A stretch of 64,000 nt of DNA from Trichosphaerium sp. ATCC 40318 (Eukaryota; Protista; Tubulinea): the NCBI GenBank assembly GCA_038496445.1, contig JALMLS010000228.1, forward strand, positions 543,117 through 607,116, given 5' to 3'. Shown here one piece after another: positions 27,291-38,400 of the stretch; positions within the stretch are counted from its first letter, which is position 1, and each line of letters begins with the position of its first letter. The notes beneath the pieces are model-generated. The model searched no databases. It was given only the letters and a program-made list of their open reading frames with translations, and had not been told where the DNA came from. The translations under genes were made by a program, and so were the position numbers.

Positions 27291-28526
27291 ATTGTACAAA
27301 TTTTCTCCCTTTTCTTTTTTTTTTGACATGGCATGCAACAATGACACTCCCAGTTACTCAGCAAAGCTTGGTATGTAAACCTCCACGCGTATATCTAACT
27401 CTTTTTAAACTTATCTCAGCGCCATGTTGAATGCGTACACTTGTGTTTCTATAGCATGTGTATGCGTTCAAATATTCCCTCATGCAATCGGCGTTCCCTT
27501 TTTTGAGGGTTATTTAAATCGGCATTAAATGATTCAGTTGGTATTTGTGTTTTATAGCGTACCATTACAAAACTTTTCGTAAGTTGCTTTTTTTTTTTGT
27601 ACAGTACTTTGTTGTGCTTCTCGTGCATCGTTTGTAGATTCTCAGCTCTATCGTTCTAGATTTTCTCAATATATTAAAAACCTTGAACAGCATGTCTAAG
27701 ACTTTTTAGAGTATGTCTGCTAATAATTAGTTTCATTTGATGTGTAGTATTCATCCTGACTTGGTTGTACCCTTTTTTAATTTTGAAAGTTGATTGATTG
27801 TGTCAAACTTTCTTACGCTATAATCTAGTAATTGCCTTGCTTGCAACCGCGGCTACCTCTCCATTTTGAGCAGCATGTGCTTTATTTTTAAAAGTGTTGT
27901 TTTTTGCCATTTTTGTTGTTTCTTTTTTTTTCTGCTGACACGTGATTCGAAGTTTTCAACGTATACCACTTAGGCCATGTACATAACCCTTGGATCTACC
28001 AAACAAGTGCCTCTTTAACACACAATAAGCATTAATGAATGAATGTGGGATTAACGTTTACTCACAAAAAAAAAAAAAAAAAAGAAAAGAAAAAAAAAGC
28101 TATGTATCTGCGCTAGTGTGTTGGCGATACGTACAAGGGTTATCAACGTTATCTACGCGAATATTTCAGCTCTTCAGCGTTTTTGATTGACACATACTGC
28201 ACGTAGCTATAGGGGGGGTGTGCTCTACCATCCCCGTCGTGTTCTGCTAAACGATTATTCACACAATTACAAATTTGAATGAAGGTAAAGTTGTAATGGT
28301 TGTATGAAGGATACCTGCTTTTTTGGCGCCTATTTCAGAGGCTTCTTCACGTATTTCAAGCAAGTATTTCAAAATCATTTGTATTTGCGTCGTACACCTG
28401 GGCTCCAGATCACTTTTTTGTTACTTATGGACACGACGCTCGAGAATACAGACAAAAACACTAGCAGCTCAAGTCAAAGTTGGTTCTTTTAGTATTCCAA
28501 TCTTCAAAAAAAAAAAGAAAAGGGGG

Positions 28527-29640
28527 TCGTAACAAAATCTGGGTTTCAAAAAAAGGCTGAAAATAACATTGTAGGAAGATTTAATCGCCACAGAAGAGTA
28601 CAACGCCGAGGAAAATGATACAAGGTTGACACAACAAAAAAGGTGCGATTATTTATTTACATAGGTACAACATACTATTTGGTACACACGTAACGCTAAC
28701 TCTCCTTCTTTTTTTACTTTAGTTTCAACAAACCCCTCCTAAACGCTGGCAGGATCACAAGCAACTACCTGGCACAAATATATGCAGATGTTCATTTATT
28801 TTTGTAAACGACAGCGCTAACTCGATCACTGCAGCTTTTACAAGGTTTTAATGTGCTGGATTATAATCCACTCGTTGGCGTACCACCGAGGAAACAGCAC
28901 AATAAGAATAAGAAGCGAGATGCTCGGATCAAAAAAATAGACTGTTTTTTTTTAAAACGTCACCTACAAGGTGCTTCTCAGAGGCTTTTAAGATTTACAA
29001 AGGGAGAGTTCAATTTTGGAAGGTGAATACAACAAAGTCTACGTGGTGGGTCGCCTCACAAATTTCTCCGCAAAAAAGAAGCTGGCCAACATGTTCAAGC
29101 GTACCTTGTGGAAAGAGTGTACGTTGAAATTATACATTTTCATTTGCATGTTATACGCTTAATGCAATCCATAGATACTCTGTCCACCGCACCTGCTTCC
29201 AATTGCGCCAAGCGCTACCTTGAGTTTATGTTTAAAGACGGTACGCGTGGTAGTATATATTTTTTTTTTTTTTTTTTGCTTTTGGTTCGTTAATAACGTT
29301 TTGTACAGTCATCTCTGCACCAAACCGCCCACAAATCTGTATGTTTACAGTCATGCGTTGTAGCGCACGTATTAATAGCAAGGATGAGGTATCCTCCCCA
29401 GCGGACAATCTGTAACTATTCGCGCATCAAGAAGCAGTCGTAAGAAGAGCTCTCGTAGAGCGAAATCAGAAGCTGGAGATGACAAGTCTTCCAAAAGGAA
29501 TAGAGAAGTCTTTTAAATCTAACAAGTCCTCGAAAGAGGAAAGCGAAGAAGGTAACGTGATGACAAAAACTGGAGTTTTGTAGGTTCAATAACCAATAAA
29601 TGACTTTCACGGAAGACTTTTTGTTGGGATTTTCGCTCGA
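28527..29640 (+). pseudogene. Intron-retaining, deleted and frameshifted copy of the PIP5K gene including its 3' UTR (matches ~13622-15470)
   Basis: aaacgctggcaggatcacaagca, DTLSTAPASNCAKRYLEFMFKDG and agaagagctctcgtagagcgaaatcagaagctggag all match the intact gene; about 500 bp of the kinase N-lobe is missing. Confidence 0.93.
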
Positions 29641-30699
29641 ATTCATACAATAGCAAACACATCGAGCAACTTGTTTTTCGAAAAGTATGAAATTATCCTG
29701 TTTTTTTTATTTCTGTTACTACACTGCTTCACAATGCGCAAACCAAACTCGAATATCTCCGTATATGATGCAAAACGCACCAATAATGCGTAAATAGGTC
29801 GTGGCTATCGTGTGGGAGGGTTTTAGAAGAAACGAGCAAAAACCACAATTAAATTTTGATCAAAATGACGATCAATAAAAGGATTTTTCTCCAAATTGTT
29901 AGTGTAAGCAATCGTCAAATGCCAGTTGTTCTTTCCGGTACAAATATGTCCTCTCAAGAGTGCCCTGTTTCACCAAGGGGTAGCAGGATACACGTATTGA
30001 TCTCAGTAAACAGCAACCTGCTGAAACCATGCTGGTTGACGACCCTCCCTACCTAACCAAGTACCGTTTGATGGTGACTTGAAGCAAGTTGTTGGTGGTG
30101 ATGAAAAAAGCTTGACAATTTTTTGCATTTATTTTATAAAAGGAAGGAGAGGAAGAGGAAGGAGAGGGCTAGTTAACACACGCCAGCTTTAGTGTGTACG
30201 CACCGCACCCACTCCAAACCATTTCCTTTTTGTTCCCTTCGGTTTTAGGTGCTGTGACGCATCTAAACATGGCCGTTGGGCACACTACGTTATACTGTAT
30301 ACAAATATCTATCACGATTTGCAAGGAAAGAAAAGAAGCCAAACAGCTTAATTTACCTGTCCGTAACATGAACATGATGATTACACCAACTATACTGAAA
30401 GATGTTAGCTTGTCTTAATTAAATTAAAGCATAACTTAAAACTTTCAGATTTTGTTGCACTTCATTTAAATCAACTCGTCAAACTTACTCACTCTCTACT
30501 GAATTCCAAATTTTCAATGAGCACAAACAACAGGTACAGCTTTCTTAAATGTGTGGGTTATTGCGATGCTAACAATAGTGTTAGAAAAAACAGTGGCATC
30601 TACACATGCAATGGTATTGATCTCACCAAGGAAGAGCTCGAGTACGCGTAGACAAATTATTATTGCTTTTTTCTTTTTGTGATATTAACCTGGACCACA

Positions 30700-31087
30700 G
30701 AATGATAAGAGGACAAAGACCTGTGCCAGAGTGCGAAGTGACGGTACGAAGAACAATGGTTTTCTGAGTCTTATTATTTTTTTTTTGTAGTTTCCTCCAA
30801 CAGAGGTTCTTGTGGCTGGCAATCTTCAGCAAAAGAGAGCCCTAAACAAACTCAACGTAGACTCTGCAAGGTTTTTGAAAAGAGGCACTACCTTCGCAAG
30901 CTTAGACAGGTGGTTGGTGTTCCTGCAAACCAATCCAATAGCCTCGCTTCTGACAAGAGCAATAACCAGGGATGTTATCAACGAGCTCGCTGTACAGCGT
31001 AACTACTTGCAGCACTGCGACTCCAGATTTAATCTGGATGTTATGCAAGAGTGCGTAGATAAAATTGTTCAAGTTCTCGATGAATAA
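30700..31087 (+). CDS. Small unknown helical protein, paralog of the ORF in repeat copy B
   Basis: MIRGQRPVPECEV..RALNKLN..WLVFLQTNPIASLLTRAITRDVINELAVQ versus MIQGLRPTPEFK..ALAELN..WLLFMQTDSGAAQLTKAVTREVVDELAVQ. Confidence 0.55.
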
Positions 31088-31649
31088 ATAATGAGAGTTG
31101 TGCGAAATAAACATATTCCTTTTTATTTATGTTGTTACAATTTTTTTGTAAGCACTTTTTTAACTCTCTAAAAACAAATTCATTCTAAACTCATAGGTAC
31201 TTGAAATCAAGCCTTGTCAGGCATTGCAAATTTTTTACTTTACTTTTACTTTTATTCCAGTCAAGATTCTCATTGACGGTCTTTTACAAATTTATTTTAC
31301 AAACTATTTGTAGCACAACCTGTTAGAACTATTTTGGTGTTCTTTAAAAGCGGATTGCCTTTTAAGAACGCGTAATCAGTATCAAAAGCCTACATTTTGG
31401 CGTAGTAATGTCGTTGAACCGGTCAGAAACTATGGAAGCATTTAAACGCCCTGTTTTAATCAACTTTCCATCCTTGTCCTCTTGTTCGCCAAGGCCCCTT
31501 TTTTTTGACCATACTTTCTCTGGTGAAACCTCTATTTCTTCAATACAATTCGTTGTTCTTCGTTAGTTGGTTCAGGAACGGGTCTCACATAAAGTTAGAG
31601 CCAGATTATTTATGTAAGCAATTCTGCAACTGTTTCTAACAGTCAATGT

Positions 31650-33300
31650 AGAAGCAAGTGTCTCGCTGACTATCGCTGGCAGTTCTACACAACCTATGGT
31701 AGCGGTACTTGTAATCTATTCTTCACGCCCTCTTGCAATTTTGTTGTAGGTGATGGTACAGGCAATACTTACCCAGAGAGTAATCCTTCTTCCGCCAACA
31801 CCTCCTCCAACGACACAAACTCCAACCCCCTCCGCCAACGACTGCTCCTCCAACAACATTACCCCCCAACGACATTACCTACAACAACATTGCCCCCAAC
31901 AACTGCTCCTCCAACAACACAACCTCCAACCGTTCCGCCAACTACAGCTCCTCCAACAACATTACCTCCACAACATTACCACCAACGACCGCTCCTCCAA
32001 CAACTCCTCCACCAACAACACAAGCTCCAACTGCTTTTCACCAACAACGAATCCAACAACATTACCTCCGACAACTGCTCCACCAACAACTGCTTCTCCT
32101 ACAATAGCGCCAACAGAAACCCCAACTGCTGCACCTACAGAGACAGAAACTAAAGAACCTACAGCAAACGACGTATACCAACAACAGCGTTACCAACAGT
32201 TGCTCCTACAGCTAGGATTCTACCTGATGTACGCTCTCAAGTTTCTCCCTACACATGTAAATCTAACTTCACCTTTAGATTGTGCCTCGAAGTGACTGCG
32301 TCGCTGATAATGGAGATGGTACTTATACTGCGTATCTTGGCTGGACAACAATAGTACGTTTTCTTCATTCTATTCTTGGCATTGTTCTTATGTTATTTGT
32401 ACAGGAAAGTTCAATTACAGTACCTATCGGACAAGATAACGATATTTCTCCTTCTGGAACACCTGAACAACCTACTACTTTCAAAGGAACTTCAACATTC
32501 TACCCAAATATTAACTTCGCTTTTGTATTCGACGGTTCTTCAACGACTTGGACTCTCGGTGTACGTTCTTTTCGCCTTTTTAATAGTATCTCCTTTTCTT
32601 ATTTTATATTTAGCGCGGTATTTTAACTTTTATCGGCGGTGACAATGCAACAAAGTGCCCTGAAGAAAGTAAGAATACTTGTCTTTTTTGCTTTTTTTTA
32701 TCTAAACACACGTGTTTTCGACTCTTCTTCGAACAATAGATCTGACTCTGTTTTCTCTCTAGGCATGGAAGTTGGTCTTACTATCTTAAAAATATACCCG
32801 GCCCCTCAAAACGTTGTAGATGATGTTGGTAAAGCTATGCTAGACGCTATGGGTATCAAACAAGAAGACGGCCAGATTTCTCAAAAACCTGCCGAGTCTT
32901 CTAAGCCTCAAGCTGAAACACAAGTTGTCGTTACTGTCAACAGTTCTGATGAGAATACATTTGTTGCTCAAATCGTGTCTTCTTACCTTAACGACCCTCA
33001 AAAAATTGCCGCAACAAATCTGGCAGTTCAAAATGCTGGCATCACAGTTACAGTACGTTACCCTCACTTCCTTCCTTCTGTGTATCACTCGCTAATATTC
33101 TCCTTTAGTCCGAGCCTAGCGCACTTCCTCCAGCTTCTCTAAACACAGCTGTGGCAATCTCTCCTACGACACAGGATGGTGTAACATCCACTGCTTATTT
33201 ACAGCACGTGATGTTTGTTTCTACTGGTACGTAGTTGTTTTCTGTCTGTTTTGTCGTAATCCGTTTCATACTTACTCTTTTCATAGTATTAGCATATGAT
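31650..33300 (+). pseudogene. Mucin-like surface protein gene: (PPTT[A/L/V])n stalk plus CVADNGDGTYTAYLGW beta-domain; frameshifted and apparently lacking its 5' part
   Basis: PTTAPPTT repeats alternate between frames in 31790-32220; spliced downstream exons read VPIGQDNDISPSGTPEQPTTF..FDGSSTTWTLG. Confidence 0.6.
31790..32220 (+). repeat. 15-bp degenerate coding minisatellite (cctccaacaacagct-like)
   Basis: Direct repeats encoding PPTTA/PPTTL. Confidence 0.85.
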
Positions 33301-33363
33301 GATCACTTTTTAAAGAAAAAAAAAGAAATCGAAAATAGTATTGCAAAAAAGATACAAACTTGT

Positions 33364-35056
33364 TTTTTGATTTTATTAGTCTATACATGAATGTCAATGA
33401 ACTCCAATTACCTCAAAAAGAGAACCCAACTAGTGCTGGGCGTCCAAACACAGGGATCGAACCTGCTTGACAGTATGAATCTTTGACAGGACGGCAGCGC
33501 TTATGCCAAAGGCATAACGTTCCTCTGCTACCAACAATATGAGGTACTAACCCTCACGCCCTTCACATAGGTTAAATTTACAATTGTACAAGTGTTAATA
33601 GTAAGGAAGGGCCGACCGCCTAACCTCACTTTGGTAAAAACCAATTTTGATGAAAGTCTCTTTGATATCTATCTTAACCAACAAAGCCATTTGAGAAAGA
33701 CTGTAAAATCCTTCACCATGACGAGCTCGGTTGTAGAGTTTCCAACACCATTTGATGAGAATGCCCAGAACCACAAGGTTCCTTTCAGTAAGCACAATGG
33801 CATTGTGTAGAGTGTGTGAGCTATAAGAAAAAGTATAGCCAAGGGAATGTTTAGTGATGCGTATAACATCAGCCGCAGGCGACTGAAACAAGATGTATGA
33901 GATTCGGTCTTGTGTCGCATCATAGGCACAAGGTAGAAATCTCAAAATGGATTTGAGTAGGTAGTCCCTAACTAGAGGAGCACATTTAAGTTTGGGATGC
34001 TTGAAAATGTGAGGGAAAGTTTTGTAAAGTTTTTTATGGGTAGAAAGCATTCGAGAAATTGTAGGAGTTGTGTCAACTTTACGGACAAAATTAAAGTGGT
34101 AGATGTCAGAGGAGGTGCGTGGTAACTTAATTTTGTGCTCGACAAAAAGGCGCTCCAACTCTGAGAGTGTTTTACCTCTGAAACGTTGGTTAATTTTAAT
34201 CCATGCTTTTTTGCATGTGGTGTAATGATAGGAGGCCGCCAGTCCCGACCAGAGGCCTCCACCTTCATCACCACCTGCATATTGATGCCAAAGGTTCCAT
34301 TGACATTGACTATGGTACACCTGAGAACCATAGTCAAAGAGGAACACCTCCCAAACACGTGCGAGTAGAGCTTGATTATACCTGGCAGGGTCAACCAAAC
34401 CTAAACCACAAGCTTTGAGAGGGTTAAAATAACGACTAGCTAGCTACACGCCGCATAGACAATTGATTATTGAAGAGTGTAGCAGCCGCATTCCGTATAG
34501 ATCTCACTTGCGTGGGATGAATACTAATAAAGCGAAAGTAATAAGTAAAAAGAGGCAGCGCATAGGCTGTATAAATTGTTTTCTTAGAAATTAGAGTACG
34601 TGCCAGGTAGCGCCAACGACAAACTTGCTTGGAGAGTTTGTCAATAACGTCAGAGGCATAGTTAGCCACTCCTTCATCAGCTCGGAAGTAAATACCTAGA
34701 TACTTTACCTCGTCCGTGTTTTGAAAGGCGGGCGTCTTGAGATTACTAATACTGAAGCACTTAGAGGGATTAGCTATAAGGCCTACGGTGTGTTCAGCAG
34801 CTCTAAGAACCGCTTTGAAGTTAATTGCGTCCTGTGGGCAAGAACACAATCCAGCAATATCATCCGCAAAAGCAAGGGAGGTGATACGTGTTTCACCAAG
34901 TGTTACACCTTGGTTTATTTCTTGCACACGGGCCAATATAGGCTCCATGCACAAGACAAAGAGAGTAGGAGAGAGAGGATCACCTTGTTTGACTCCTCTC
35001 TGCACCTCAAAGGGGTTACTTAGCTGGCGGTTAGCCAGCACTTGAAATGTAGAAGC
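33364..35056 (-). mobile_element. 5'-truncated non-LTR retrotransposon (L1/Tx1-like RT) with 13-bp TSD
   Basis: RT motifs RGVKQGDPLSPTLF, LAFADD, KYLGI, then GLGLVD. TSD GATACAAACTTGT at 33351-33363 and 35057-35069. A-rich 3' end AATAAAATCAAAAA. Confidence 0.93.
33595..35041 (-). pseudogene. Reverse transcriptase ORF2 C-terminal part, split by one frameshift near 34436
   Basis: Removing the duplicated GCTA in gtaGCTAGCTAgt joins the 201-aa and 267-aa ORFs as RRVASRYFNPLKACGLGLVDP. Confidence 0.88.
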
Positions 35057-35426
35057 GATACAAACTTGTGAATAATAAAGAAAAATAACTTATACTTCTT
35101 GTCTCAACGCAATTCTGACTTAACACGCACTATTATTGGATTGTTCTTTTAGTAGAGTATGGTAAAGCATGACTTTTTTGCATGTTTTCTTGATTGGTTC
35201 TACATTTTCTTCTTGTTTCTTTCTGATTGTAGAATTTGCGATAGTCATTAGTGCATTGCACGCTCAATTGGTTTTTTTTTTTTTTGCATTGCAAGTACGA
35301 GTCGAACCAAAGTGAAGTGGTAGTTTACACTTAACGGTTTTTGTTGAATTCAAGGTTTTTATTTCACACCAATTCAACCAATAGAAGAAAGTAAATATGT
35401 GATACACTCCATAACAAGGCTCGACA

Positions 35427-38400
35427 ATGGAAAAAGCTGTTTTGAACGGTTTCCGCTCGATTTAACTATTTTAGATAACCATACTGATGAAACACAGCCT
35501 ACGGGCAATAAAAAGAATAACGTACGCCATTCAAGCCTATAAGAGGCAAAAAACTGTAATTCTTTGTTGCTTACCCTCCAAAGCCTTCAAAATATTCCAA
35601 TGACTTCGATAGTACCAAGAAACTGATAATGAAGGTCCCAGATCACGAAATGTTGAAATCAACACGCCCAAAAAATTCAGGCGCCACATCCGACGCCACA
35701 AAACACAACACAACGATTGTAGGTACCTAAAACAAGTAAGTCACTGACATTTAAGCTGAGAATCGTTTACCGAGCATAGAAATTGCTCAAGAACTCGTTC
35801 AGAAGGTCCACCAGGCTGAAAAACAACACAACAGTGTCAAAAAATCAGTTAGAGAACTGTTAAAATCAAAAGAAGCCAGATTCAACAAGGTTGTGCCACA
35901 AAACCGTTCGCTCTCACTCTGTAAAGTCACTCAAACTATTTGTAGTTGTTTGAAGGTTATATTAGCGAGCTAAAGACACTTGTAGAAACAACAGAATTTG
36001 ATGCTAGTGTCCGACAGGAGGTACAATGGTTATTGTTTTTTTTGCCGGTTTTTTTTTCTTTTTTGCCTTTTTTTTTTTTCTTTTTTGACAGACTTAGATT
36101 ATTCGTCAAGAGACTGTACGGATAGAGAGGCATAAAAGACAAGTGCTGAGTGATATTGACGTCAGTTTTGCAACTGTAAAACGAAACATTGCTGCACAAA
36201 AACGCGATTACAAGGTTCTTTGATTCGACTTTGTTTCTCCTTTTCTGAAAACTTCTTGTAGCTCTCAGAGAATATTGCCAAACTTCAAGGTGTTGTTCGT
36301 GGATTCTCACAACGTAAGAGATATCGTCGCATGCTTGCACATGCCAAAAAACGAGAAAACATTGAGGCTGAGGTATCTTTACAACTTTATGAAGTATTAA
36401 CTTGTTACTAGGGATTTTATGAACCTTTGAAAGCTTCTGCAACATTTAATGGCGGACAAGAAGCCATTTTGGAGCTTCCTGTTATCAACAGCATCTTTGC
36501 TGATTTAATACCTATCTATAGTGTTAATAAAGAGTTTTTACAGCAATTAGAAGAGAGCAGAACAACCAAAAGTAAAGGAACAGGATACGGCAAAGTATTT
36601 GGCGACTTGGTAAATATGTTAACTATTTTGGGTTTTTCACATGTTGATCACGTGATTTTTTTTTTTGAAATGACAACATATTAGGCACCGTATTTGAAGT
36701 TGTATACGAATTATGTTAATAAGTTTAACACGATCCTTGATGCTACAGCAGCTGCCAAAGAACGAAATGCTGAATTTCAAAAATTTCTTAGAGTACGCTT
36801 TTGTACAACGCCTAACATGTGTCTCATCATTTTGTCTACTAGGGAGCATGTAAAAATCCAAATATAGGAACACAAACCCTAGAATCTTTTCAGATTATGC
36901 CAATACAAAGAGTTCCTGTACGTGAGACACCATCATATGTATGTGCTGACTTTTGTTGTTTTTTGCTTAGAGGTACAAGTTACTTCTAGAGGTAAGTACA
37001 GACTCTGATTTCCCTGCTCATGTTATAACATTCTCTTTAAGCAACTTATTAAATATACACCTGACGATCACGTGGACTTTGAAAACCTGACTAAAGCACT
37101 CGCGCTTATTGAAGGAGTGGCTAAAGAAATAGACGAGGTTTGTTGGATTTAAGAAATTTATGGGGGAACAAGTTTTGTTTCAAAAAACTAATTTTGGACA
37201 ACAGGGTAGAGCCATTGTAGAAAATACGAAAAAAATATTAGATATTCAAAAGAGGTTAGCACCTCAGTGTCCTGTAAGTCCTCTTTGTATGGCTTGAATT
37301 AACTTTTACACTTAATAGGGTCTGTTTGCACCGCATAGGAAGCTGCAACTGGAAGAATCTATTTTTTTGCTGGTACAAAACGAAGAAGTACTCGCGGCGT
37401 TATTTATTAATATATTTAGCGTGATACAGGGATATTAGATGACTTGTTCAATGATCTGCTACTCGTTACTCAAAAACTAAAAGGGCTTCTTTTGGACACT
37501 GAAAAACTCGTTGTAACTATAGAATACAAGCGAGCTAAGCTTGTTGAGCTAATAAGAAACTCTTTATTACAAAATGGAGGTACGCGTAGATATGTCAAAC
37601 GCTTTACGCGTTAGAAGAATCAAGTAGACATGACTCATCTGTAGTTTCCTACTTTGGCTTTCAAATTGTTTTGGCAAAGAAAGCGTATCAGTTCTATGCT
37701 TACACAGAAGATATATGCTCCAAGTGTTTTAATACAGTAAAGCAAGACGTAAGCGAACTCAAATCTATAGAAAAAACACGACATGCGTATCAGGGTGTAA
37801 TAACGTACTTAGTACTTACATTATGACGTGTTTTAGGACATGCAAGTACGCGCGTAAATCCCAGTATACTGAAGCTTGTTGATCAACTCAATGATCCATC
37901 GGGTTTCAAGCCTAACAATACACCAAGCAATTCTTCTGGACCATCTATGAAACAAAACTTGAAACCTAAACTAAGCACCATTGTAACGATATTTGAAGAA
38001 CTAGTAAAGCTTGAGACGGACATGTTTCGAGCGCCAATTGAGATACAGACATTGTTGCCCGGTTTTGAAAAACAGTTCAATCCCGTCACAACTACGCATG
38101 CTGCATAGTCGAATTGAGGTAAGAATCATCCACATTCGTACTGCATTTAACAATATTTAGGCGCTAAAGCAGAAACTAGAGCACCTCCACTTTTAAAAAT
38201 AAATTATTTGCGTTCCCACCTAAACAGAGCTTGTTATACGTTTGGAGAGACTGACGCATCACGAGCAAGTGCTCAAGGAGCATATGCTGATACTTTCCTT
38301 ATTAGGCAACAGTTCTTGTCAATACTGATAAGTTTGTTTCACTTGCAAGCTGTTAGAAAATACATACAAAAAAAGAATATACGCACGTGCACTTGCAAAG

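Noticed and set aside
33435-33520. tRNA gene
   Set aside because: Only a T-arm is present; no proper acceptor stem, D arm or anticodon arm can be built.
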